Source: Leucoraja ocellata
Taxonomy: Eukaryota
Length of the DNA stretch: 64,000 bases
NCBI GenBank assembly: GCA_036785375.1
Contig: JAWMAR010000016.1
Coordinates: 7,812,001 to 7,876,000 of the forward strand
Direction of reading: 5' to 3'
Positions 1-10,010 of this stretch are shown piece by piece. The translations under genes and the position numbers were made by a program. How positions within the stretch are numbered: the stretch's first letter is position 1; each line of letters starts with the position of its first letter. The notes below the pieces were generated by a model that saw nothing but the letters and a program-made list of their open reading frames with translations, made no database searches and was not told the DNA's origin.

Positions 1-281
1 GCAGAAACAGGCCCTTCAGCCCACCGGATCCGCGCCGACCAGCGATCCCTCCATATTAACGCCATCCTCCACACAATTTTTACATTTACCAAGCCAATTT
101 ACCTACATACCTGTACGTCTTTGGTAAAGGTGGGATTACATGTTCCAGTAAAGGAGGGGTCAGCGATTTCTTACTCTTCCAAAGCTGGTGGTGCCAAATG
201 ATGCAACTGTGTGGCTACCTGAGCTGCACAGCATGGTTTGGGAACAGCTCCATCCAAGACCACAAGAAATTGCAGAGAATT

Positions 282-600
282 TAGTTTAGTTTAGAGATAC
301 AGTGCAGAAACAGGCCCTTCGGCCCACTGAGTCCGCACTCTACTAGCGATCCCCACACATTAACGCTACCCTACATACACTAGGGACAATGTACACTTAT
401 ACCAAGCCAATTAACCTACAAACCTGTATGTCTTTGGAGTGTGGGAGGAAACCGAAGATCTAGGAAAAATCCCACACCATCACAGGGAGAACATACAAAC
501 TCCGTACAGACAGCACCCGTAGATGAGATCGATCCTGGGTCTCCGGCGCTGCAAGCGCTGTAAGGCAGCAACTCTGTAAGGCACCGCTGTGCCGCCGTGC
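282..600 (-). mobile_element. tRNA-derived V-SINE (HE1-like); a partial copy also lies at 1-123
   Basis: The reverse strand has a tRNA-like head with box B, the V-domain (gtgctgtctgtacggagtttgtatgttctccc) and a CR1-type tail gaagggcctgtttc...tatctctaaactaaa. Confidence 0.8.
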
Positions 601-1292
601 CGACCTTAACACTTATCCTAACTTTACTTTGATAACGTGTAGGAAGGAACTGCAGAGGCTGGTTTAAACTGGAGATAGATACAAAATGCTAAAGTAACTC
701 AGCGGGACAGGCTGCATCTCTGGATAAAAGGAATGGGTGACGTTTCGGGTCAAGATCCTTCTTCTTAACCCAAAACTTCATCCATTTTGTATCTATCTTT
801 ACTCCAATAATGTCCATCTTTGATTCTTTGACCATTCACACCCACATAGTAGACACATGCACACACCTGCAATCTCTAACCAAGGGCTATAGTTTCTCCC
901 TATCAACTCCCTTAATCGCTTGCAAAGTTTAAATGGCATTGGGCTAAAATTCTGAAATATAGCTTGGAGTCCAGGAATGCTTCAGTAAAATTGAGTTGCT
1001 GCCTAGGCTGATCCATCAGCTGAGGGAGAGTGCCCAGAACTGACAGTAATATTCCAGATGTGATTGAACCAAAGCACAACATCTACACATTGTACTTCAA
1101 TCAGTCAGCATTCCATTGACACCAGAGTCAATATAATATCACAGCAAGACGCACAAACTTTCTCTTTGCGATCGGTACTCAGTCAATTAGTCTTACGGAC
1201 TACATCTAAATCTGAGGAAGATTTTTCTCATTATCTTTCCTCATTCACTCAGTAAGATACTAGATGTTAGTTTGGTATTTGAACAAAGATAC

Positions 1293-1298
1293 TTTATT
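1293..1298 (-). terminator. Candidate poly(A) signal (AATAAA) for the actinoporin-like gene
   Basis: tttatt on the + strand; the first AATAAA noticed downstream of the stop codon, beyond the CR1 insertion. Confidence 0.35.
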
Positions 1299-1561
1299 GA
1301 CAGATTATTTTATATAGTGCACTGTATAATTTATCTATTGTGTGGATGCTCCCAAAAAGACAGATAATCCTTTCCCTCAGGAAGGCTGAATAATTGTGAA
1401 AATATCTATCATAAACATTATTACAACGATGGGCAGTCGATCACTTGGTACAATTCTTAAAGTGATACCTCCAAACACGTTACCTACCCAGTTAAGTATT
1501 TCAATATGAATAAAATTTCTAATAACCAAAGTGAAACTTTAGCTCAAAACTATCTAAAACA

Positions 1562-2149
1562 TATAGAAGTTGGGATGTAATGTTAAAATTGTACAAAGCA
1601 TTGGTGAGGCCAATTCTGGAGTATGGTGTACAATTTAGGTCGCCAAATTATAGGAAGGACGTCAACAAAATAGAGAGATTTACTAGAATGTTGCCTGGGT
1701 TTCAGCAACTAAGTTACAGAGAAAGGTTGAACAAGTTAGGGCTTTATCCTTTGGAGCGCAGAAGGTTAAGGGGGGACTTGATAGAGGTCTTTAAAATGAT
1801 GAGAGGGATAGACAGAGTTGACGTGGATAAGCTTTTCTCATTGAGAGTAGGGAAGATTCAAACAAGGGGACATGACTTGAGAATTAAGGGACAGAAGTTT
1901 AGGGGTAACATGAGGGGGAACTTCTTTACTCAGAGAGTGGTGGCTGTGTGGAATGAGCTTCCAGTGAAGGTGGTGGAGGCAGGTTTGTTTTTATCATTTA
2001 AAAATAAATTGGATAGTTATATGGACGGGAAAGGAATGGAAGGTTATGGTCTGAGCGCAGGTATATGGGACTAGGGGAGATTATGTGTTCGGCACGGACT
2101 AGAAGTGTCGAGATGGCCTGTTTCCGTGCTGTAATTGTTATATGGTTAT
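1562..2149 (+). mobile_element. 5'-truncated CR1 LINE (end of ORF2 plus 3' tail)
   Basis: ORF 1580-2074 LYKALVRPILEYGVQF...RRLRGDLIEVFK...FFTQRVVAVWNELP; tail gttatatggttata; candidate TSD AACATAT at 1558-1564 and 2150-2156. Confidence 0.92.
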
Positions 2150-2208
2150 AACATATTCATAATTAAAACATCTCTCAGAAGACAATATCAATCACTGTAG
2201 AATCTAAC

Positions 2209-2635
2209 TCAGAGTTTACTAGCCTTATAAACATCTGTGATAACTACATGAATGAGGGAATTATCCATTTTTTTAACAGTAGCTGAAATTACTAGATTAC
2301 CTCCGTTAACTGAAAGCTTTTGAGTGCCAGAGCTCAGTTCAGCTTTAGCAAAGGATTCAGATGGTGACAGCTCAGAATACATCCTGTAGTATAAGTTTTC
2401 ATCTGTTAGTTCAGGTAAAGGAGGGATGTATAATGCAAAAACCATTGAGTACAAGTTGTAATCAAACGGATTGGAGAAAAGCATTGAGATCTGGGTACGA
2501 CCAAATGAGTAGGTAAGTACCCCGACACTGCCTCGAGCTGTACTGGCAGTCTTGGTAAAGACAGCATTCCCTTTTTTCCCAGGGTTAATCACGGGAGTCG
2601 GTAAGCTGGCGATATAACCACTGTAAATGTAAACC
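2209..2635 (-). CDS. Actinoporin-like gene, terminal coding exon
   Basis: Acceptor aattttgttttacag|G, with the exon starting at 2635. Open frame to TGA at 2209-2211. Contains SNPFDYNLYS and GSVGVLTY. Confidence 0.9.
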
Positions 2636-5600
2636 CTGTAAAACAAAATTAAAAGCAGTGCATTCAGGATGAGCTCATCTCAGGATCCAAAATCATGTTC
2701 TTGCATTTCCAAGCCAAGAAAGATTGGTCCCTACAAACAGGGTAAATAGAAGGTGACTTGTACAAATTCATTCATAACAGTCTACTAAAGACCTAGTTTA
2801 TTTTATTTTATTATTATTGTATCGTGCACCAAAGAACAGTGAAAAGTTTTGTTTGCATGCTATCCAGTCAAAGAAAAGACTATCTAACTGTCCACTATGC
2901 ACAGATAATGGATAAAGGGTACAACATTTGTGAAGATATACGTAACATTGAAGTTGGATCTGCTGTTGAAATAAACATTTAAAAGAATGGAATAATTGTA
3001 ATGGATGATAGCAGATCCTCTTCTGGGACCAGCGCCCAAAGAAAGGGTCTCCATTCTCCAGCACCATCCTGGATTTTTCTCCTCACACGTTCATGTCAAA
3101 GTATCTACATTTCCTTGTTTCTACATTTTACACTTTTACTGCATTCTCTCAAGGTATGCCTACGTTAAAGAAGATTTCCTCTTTCCGACAGATCTCATAA
3201 GATCATAAGTGATAGGAGCAGAATTAGGCCATTTGGTCCATCAAGTCTACTCCACCATTCAATTATGGCTGATCTATCTCTCCCTCCTAATCCCATTCTG
3301 CCTTTTCCCCATAACCTCTGACACCCGCACTAATCAAGAATCTATCTATCTCTGCCAAATATATCCACCGACTTTGCCTCCACAGCCTTCTGTGGCAAAT
3401 AATTCCAGATTCACCACCCTCTGACTAAAGAAATTCCTCCTCATCTCCTTCCTAAAATAATGTTCTTTAATTCGGAGGCAATGACCTCTAGTTCTAGCAT
3501 CTACCACTAGTGGAAACATCCTCTACACATCCACTCTATCCAAGTCTTTCACTGTACGTTTCAATGAGGTCCGCCCTCATTTGTCTAAAATCCAGCGAGT
3601 ACAGGCCCAGTGCCGTCAAATACTCATCATATGTTGACCTAATCATTCCTGGGATCATTCTTGTAAACCTCCTCTGGACCATTTCCAGAGCCAGCACATC
3701 CTTCCTCAGATATGGTGCCCAAAATTGCTCACAATATTCCAAATGCGGCCTGACCAGCACCTTATAGCCTCAGCATTGCATCCCTGTTTTTGTATACAAG
3801 CCCTATCAAAATTAATTGCTTTCTTTACTAATGATTACCATTTTGGTAATCCTGCACCATCACTCCCAAGTCCATGTGCACCTCAGATTTCTGGATTCTC
3901 TCCCCATTTAGAAAATGGTCTACACCTTTATTCCTACTACCAAAATGCATGACTCCTACACATTGTTACACCATATTCCATCTGCCACTTCTCTGCCCAC
4001 TCTCCTAACCTATCCAAGTCCATCTGCAGAGTCCCTAGTTTCTCTACATTACCTGCCCCTCCACCTATTTTTGTATCATCCACAAACTTGGCCACAAAGC
4101 CTTCAATTTCCTCATCTAAATCATTGATCAAGAATGTGAAGAGTAGTGGTCCCAGCACCGAGCCCTGCGGACACTGCTAGTCAGTGGCAGCCAACCAGAA
4201 AAAGCCCCCTTTTTTGCTACTCTTTGCCTTCTGCCATGCAGCCTCCCATGTGGCACCTTATCAAAGGCTTTCTGAAAATCTAGGTAAACACTACCATTTA
4301 CTTCTTCAAAGAATTCCTGCACATTTGTCAGGCAAGACCTCCCCCTCACAAAGCCATGCTGACTTTGGCCTATTTTATCGTGCACTTCTAAATACTCCAT
4401 AACCTTATCCTTTGGATTCTAAAAGCTGGCCAACCACCAAAGTCAGACTAACCTGCCTCTAGTCCCCACTATTCTGCTTTGCTCCCTTCTTGTGCAGCAG
4501 GGCAATATTGGCAATTTTCCAATCATCTGGAACCACTAGTGACTCTTAAAATATCACGATCAATGCCTCCACACTCTCTAAAGCCACCTCTTTCAGTCCA
4601 TCTGATCCAGGTGACTTATTCACCTTCAGCCCTTTCAGCTTCCCAAGCACCTTCTCCCTAGTAATAGCCACTCCCCGCTGAGTTACTCCAAAATTTTGTG
4701 TCCTTCGTTTGTAAACCAGCACCTGCAGTTCCTTGTTTCCACTTCTGTCAAAGTATCTGCCTGGTTTATTTTAGACTGGTTACAAGCCTTTCTTAAAATA
4801 TTTGCAAAAAAAAATGTATTCTCTAGAATTGGAATGACATTGTGTGGAACGTACAGTTATAAACAGGCCAATCAAACCAACCGGTCTTCTGCTTGTGTTT
4901 AGCCACCATAGGAACCACTTTATACCTCCTGGTCATCTTATCTTGTTCACAGATCATCGATACATCACAAAAACAAGCCCTCGGTCCATTGAGTTTACCC
5001 CAACCATCAACAACACATTTACACTAATCCTACATTAACTAAGGACTTTCACTAGGGACAATTACAGTGGCCAATTAACCTGCCAATTTGTATATATTTG
5101 TGATGCAGAGGGAAACCACAGTCACAGGGTAAACATGCAAACTCCACAGAAAGAGATGCCAAAAACCTGAGTATCTGGCACTGTTCAGGTTAATTTAGTT
5201 TATTATTGCAACCTGCACAGAGGTACAGTGAAAAGCTTTTGTAGTCAAAGAAAATACTATAATAAATGCAATCATGCTGTCCACTGTGACAGATAATAGA
5301 TAAGGGTATAACATTTAGTGCACAATGAAATCCATTTAAGATACTTCAAAGGTCTTCTGAGAAGTAGATGGGAGGTCAGGACCACACTCTAGCCGATGAG
5401 GACCATTCAGTTGCCTGATAACAGCTAGAAAGAAATTGTCCCTGAATCTAGAGATATGCGTTTTCAAACTTCTGTACCTCTTGCCTGATGGGTGAGGGGA
5501 GAAGAGGGAGTGACCGTGGTAAAACTGGTCCTTGTGGCAGTGTGAAGTGTTGATGGAGTCAATGGAAGGAAGGTTGGTTTGCATGACGATCTGGGCTATC

Positions 5601-6148
5601 TCCACCGTGCTATGTCACGTGGGCGGCACAGCGGTAGAGTTGATGCCTTCGAGCGCTTGCAGCGCCGGAGACCCGGGTTCGATCCTGACTACAGGTGCTG
5701 TCTGTATGGAGTTTGTACGTTCTCTCTGTGACCACGTGGGTTTTCTCTGGGAGCTTCGGTTTCCTCCCACACTCCAAGGACGTACAGGTTTGCAAGTTAA
5801 TTGGCTTGGTATAAATGTAAATTGCCCCTAGTGTGTGTAGGGTAGCGTTAATGTGTGGGGATCGTTGGTCAGCACGGACTCGGTTGGCCGAAGGGCCTGT
5901 TTCCGTGCTGTACTGTATCTCTAATCTAAAGTAAACTCTCTGCAATTCCTTGTGGTCTTGGATGGAGCTGGTTCCCCAACCATGCTGGGTGGCCACACAG
6001 TTGCGTCATTTGGCAGCCACAGCTTTGGAAGAGTAAGAAATCCCTGAGCCCTCCTTTACTGGAACATGTACTGTACTTACGCAGGTGTGGTTAAAAATTG
6101 ATTCTCACTGTTGTTCATGATTTGAATCTCAACGCTTCTGTCAGCCAT
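2209..6148 (-). CDS. Actinoporin-like protein (sea-anemone cytolysin family), spliced CDS join(6081..6148, 2209..2635), 164 aa
   Basis: The spliced product is MADRSVEIQIMNNSENQFLTTPAVYIYSGYIASLPTPVINPGKKGNAVFTKTASTARGSVGVLTYSFGRTQISMLFSNPFDYNLYSMVFALYIPPLPELTDENLYYRMYSELSPSESFAKAELSSGTQKLSVNGGNLVISATVKKMDNSLIHVVITDVYKASKL*. It carries the family motifs YxYSG, G(A/S)VGVL(A/T)Y, FSxP(F/Y)DYNxYS and LYxxMY. The intron is GT-AG and the phases match (GC|G = Ala). Confidence 0.88.
3195..4660 (-). mobile_element. Degraded CR1 LINE (reverse transcriptase (RT) region to 3' tail)
   Basis: Frameshifted pieces QHGFVRGRSCLTN, YLDFQKAFDKVPH, KFVDDTKIGG, RPHLEYCEQFWAP. Confidence 0.9.
5185..5995. mobile_element. 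Rex1/L2-type LINE 3' fragment (-) interrupted by a V-SINE (+, about 5621-5930)
   Basis: Minus-strand QDHKELQRV...EIAQIVMQTNLPSID...HSLFSPHPSGKRYRSLKT...RFRDNFF is split by a full SINE with box B GGTTCGATCC. Confidence 0.8.
6081..6148 (-). CDS. Actinoporin-like gene, first coding exon (whole exon 6081-6151)
   Basis: Minus strand reads ccttgtctttgattttag|GGGATGGCTGAC...ACACCTGC|gtaagt: a good acceptor, a Kozak-like gggATGg and a consensus donor. Encodes MADRSVEIQIMNNSENQFLTTP, resembling the actinoporin R.v.i.i.N.s beta-strand. Confidence 0.85.
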
Positions 6149-7429
6149 CCCCTAAAATCAAAGACAAGGTGATTAACTCAAAGCATGTAATTAAACAATA
6201 TAAACACTGGATTGTTGACACTGTTAAAACATTAATACCTTATTTCATTTTTTGGGGGGGTTCCTGTTGAAGCATAAAGCAAGTTGCATTATATAGTTTT
6301 TGCTGTGGTGCAGATTGAATACACACAGATCTGTTTGAAATCCCTTTGGTTGCATATTATATGTGGGTGTCAGGGGTTATAGGGAGAAGGCAGGAGAATG
6401 GGGTTAGGAGAGAGATAGATCAGCCATGATTGAATGACGGAGCAGACTTGACGGGCCAAATGGCCTAATTCTGCTCCTATCATTTATGACCTTATGATAA
6501 TAGTCATAGAATGATACAGTGTGGAAACACGCCCAATTTGCCCACACCGGCCACACCTGCACTTGGTCCATATCCCTCCAAAACTGTCCTATCCATGTAC
6601 CTGTCTGACTGTTTCTTAAACATTGGGATAGTCCCAGCCTCAACTACCTTCTCTGGCAGCTTGTTCCATACACCCACCACCTTTGTGTGATAAAGATACC
6701 CCTCAGATTCCTATTAAATATTTTCCCATTCACGTTGAACCTACGTACTCTGGGCAAGAGACTCTGTGCATCTACCCGATCTATTCCTCTCATGATTTTG
6801 TACACCTCTATAAGATCACCCCTCATCCTCCTGCACTCCAAGGAATAGAGGCCCAGCCTACTCAACCTCTCCTTGATAATATCTTTCCTATAAAAATGAG
6901 GATGCTATGTCCCAGATAAACACAACCAGCATCTGCAGTTCTTTCCTGCACATCCTCAATACCAGGCTGTTTGAAGGGGGAAGAGGAATGACTTTGATTT
7001 GAATGTCATGAGGGCTTCTTCGACAATTGTTTAATGAAGGAATTTGAGGAAGTTGTACATATTTTCGTCCCCAATAGTGGGTAGGGAGTTGGCATTTAAG
7101 ATTTTTTTTTTTTAAGATACACTGTCTGGAATTCGATCAATGCTGGTGAATCTGACATTTATTATTCATCCATACCTGAACTTTCCAACTACAGATGTTA
7201 AGCTCACTTGCTTATAGTTCCCAGCCTATTTCCTGCAGTCCTAACTAACCTGCCACTAGCAATGTAGTTGAATCTTAAAAGTGAAAGCAAATGGGTTGAT
7301 AAATATTCCTCATTTGAACTGACTTTTTAAAAATAGAATTGATTGAAAGATACAGCATGGAAACGTCCTTCGGTCAAAGGAGTCCATGTCGACCCATTCA
7401 CACCAGTTCTATGCTATCCCGTTGACACG

Positions 7430-7720
7430 TCCACTTCCCCGCGGGTCCCTCACCTCACCTCACCTCACCGCGGCCAGGTCGACCCTTCGCAGACAGCGAT
7501 GGGCAGAAAGGCGCTGTAACTGCGCAGGCGAATGGTGCGGATGAAGGGTTTGCCGTCGGCTGGCCGGAAACCCACTGTGGAGTGGGGGGGTGGTGCAGAG
7601 CAAAGATCCTATAGGATCTTTGGTGCCGAGTTTCACATCCTCAGCGTTGTGTTCAGCAGCCGCCGCGCCCCGCTTGCAGGTCCCGCAGGCGTCTGTTGCT
7701 GAACGAACATCTTCAGCGCT
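7430..7720. promoter_or_regulatory. CpG-rich promoter region with a probable non-coding first exon of the minus-strand gene (donor at 7468)
   Basis: Local GC/CpG enrichment, NRF1-like TGCGCAGGCG at 7521-7530, ETS-like CCGGAAA at 7564-7570, and minus-strand CCGCG|GTGAGGTGAG... at 7469/7468. Splicing of this exon to the 6151 acceptor is inferred. Confidence 0.6.
7601..7622. mobile_element. 22-bp perfect palindrome with an 8-bp TSD-like flank (minimal hAT-type remnant)
   Basis: CAAAGATCCTATAGGATCTTTG flanked by GTGCAGAG (7593-7600) and GTGCCGAG (7623-7630). Confidence 0.65.
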
Positions 7721-7857
7721 TCAACCATGCATCTGAGCTGGAATAGTCATAGCCCACTGCACCAAGAATAATGCAGCCATTTAAACCTCTGCTGAAGGAT
7801 TTGTTTTGCAACAATTTATAAACGGGAAACCAGACAATCCACTTACTTATTTTCATG

Positions 7858-8041
7858 TTGTTTAAGAAGGAACTAGATGCTGGAAAATCGAAGGTACTCA
7901 AAAATGCTGGAGAAACTCAGCGGGTGCAGCAGCATCTATGGAGCGAAGGAAATAAGCAACGTTTCGGGCCGAAACCATTCATTTCCTTCGCTCCATAGAT
8001 GCTGCTGCACCCGCTGAGTTTCTCCAGCATTTTTGTGTACC
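7858..8041. mobile_element. Penelope-derived miniature foldback element with a 14-bp TSD
   Basis: Arms ...aaatgctggagaaactcagcgggtgcagcagcatctatggagcgaaggaaat and its reverse complement; TACTTATTTTCATG at 7844-7857 and 8042-8055. Confidence 0.75.
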
Positions 8042-8351
8042 TACTTATTTTCATGGTTAAGAGGCAGTTGAGAATGGGTGATACAGCACGGAAGCAGACC
8101 CTTCGGCCCACCGCACCCCATCTATACTAGTCCCACCTCTCCGCATTTGGTCATGGCCTTCTTAAACCTTTCCTATCCATTTAGCTGTCCAAATGTTTTT
8201 ATGTGTTGTTATTGTTCCTGCCCCAACTACCTCTTCTGGCAGCGTGTTCCATATACCCACCACTCTGTGAGAAAGTAGCCCCTCATGTTCCTATTAAATC
8301 TTTCCCTTCTTACCTTAAACCCATGTCCCCGGTTCTAGATTTCCGTTTATT

Positions 8352-8856
8352 GTCCTGTCCCACTTAGGCGACTTTTTAGGTGACTGCCGGAGACTATATG
8401 GTCGCCACGTGTTCGCGGGTAGTTGCCGGGGAGTCGCCTTCATGGTCGCGAGTAGTTCCCGCATTCTGGGAACTAGTCGCAACTTCATTCTGGTCGCCGC
8501 TAATTTTTCAATTGTTGAAAATTAACGGTGACCAGAATGAAGCCGCCATGGAGAGTAGCGAGAATTGTCGTGCCGTTGGTGCAGTGGTAGTGGGTCGCCA
8601 GGAGGTCGTAGGTTCTCGTAGGTTGTCGCCGGTGCTGACCGGTGAATTTCATTGGCTCATTGGGAAAAAATAAATAAACAGTAGTTTTCAGAACAAAGGA
8701 TAACTGACCAGTAATGTTAATGTCCGCCAAGCTTCACAGCCGTGTATCTCTGGCTTCTAAAAGTTGCCTCCACTCCTTCTCCCCACCCCGTCTCCCCCCT
8801 CTTTTAAAGGACTTAAGTGACCCTTCCTGTACATTGTGCTTTCACCGTTTTAATTA
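8352..8856. mobile_element. Partial Harbinger-type MITE (one terminal inverted repeat (TIR))
   Basis: Begins cctgtcccact, like the TIRs of the complete elements at 33853 and 38086; CpG-rich interior; no matching right TIR found. Confidence 0.5.
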
Positions 8857-8859
8857 CAG

Positions 8860-9300
8860 CATCTTCTTCTTGCAAATGAAACATAAACCAAAGGAACAGT
8901 TAGATCTCAAGCCGGGTGTTGAGCAGCCAGGTTGCTGTCTCTGCGTCAATGTCTGCCAGGCCCTGAGCTTCATTTGGTGGGTGGTAGAGCGGGCACGCAG
9001 AGATGACATGGTTGGTCGACTGTTGTTCTGCTCTGCATTCACAGGCTGGGCTCTGGCGGAGACCCCATCTCCACATGCTGGCATTGAAACGCCCAACTCC
9101 AGTCTGTTGAGCTTCATCTATACTCCTCTGGGGAGGTCAGACCTTGGACAGCTTTTATCCGGTGAAGAGATGTAGCTGTGTAATGGAGATGAGGTTGCCT
9201 TCCACTCCTGTGACCACTTGGTGGCTATCCAGTGTGCTTTTGTCTCAGTTGGCTGGATGGATGCTAGGAAGTGTTTTCCATGTGGAGCAAAGGGGTGACA
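8860..9300 (-). mobile_element. Vingi/Ingi-type LINE 3' fragment
   Basis: Frameshifted HPFAPH...W..EW...SDLPRGV.MKLNRL...ACECRAEQQSTNHVISACPLYHPP...DIDAETATWLLNTRLEI* (C-terminal CCHC knuckle), followed by a short 3' UTR ending in (GAA)n. Confidence 0.75.
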
Positions 9301-10010
9301 TCCTCTCCACATCCACTCTATCCTGGCCTTTCTTTTTTCAATAAGTTTCAGTGAGGTACCCCCCTCATCTTTCTAAACTCCAGTGAGTTCAGACCCAGTG
9401 CCATCAAAAGCTCAATCATCCCCGGGATCATTCTTAAAAACCTCCTCTGAATCCTCCCCAATGTCGGCATATTCTTCCTCCGATGTGGGGCCCAAAATGC
9501 TCAGAATACTCCAAATACAGTCTGACCAGTGCCTAATAAAGCCTCATCATTACATCCCTGTTTTTTTTTCTTCTAGTCCTCTCAAAATATATGCGAATAT
9601 TGTATTTGCCTTCCTTACTATAGATTCAACTTGCAAATTAACCTTTTGGGAATCTTGCACCAGCACTCCCAAGTCTCTTTACACTTCCGATTTCTGAATC
9701 TTCTCCCCATTTAGAAAATAGTCTACATCTTTAATCCGACTACCAAAATGTATGACTCCACATTTTGATACACTGTGTTCCATCTGCCACTTCTTTGCTC
9801 ATTCTCCCATCCTGTCCAAGTCCTTCTGCAGAGTCCCTACTTTCTCTACACTACCTGGCCCTCCACCTATTTTTGTATCATCCACAAACTTGGCCACAAA
9901 GCCTTCAATTCCCTCATCTAAATCATTGATCAACAACCTGAAGAGTAGTGGCCCCAGCACTAACCCCTGCAGAACACCACTAGTCACTGGCAATCAACCA
10001 GAAAAAGCCC
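9300..10010 (-). mobile_element. Degraded CR1 fragment
   Basis: PVTSGVLQGLVLGPLLF...KFVDDTKIGG. Confidence 0.85.

Noticed and set aside
5621-5700. tRNA-like box A/B sequences (GGTTCGATCC) here and in other copies
   Set aside because: These are SINE heads followed by the V-domain and LINE tail; no cloverleaf.
7469-7570. Minus-strand peptide ...LPIAVCEGSTW resembling the DCLRE1B N-terminus (TPIAVDFW)
   Set aside because: Only four residues match, no start codon was found, and there is no SHxHxDH metallo-beta-lactamase motif; probably chance.
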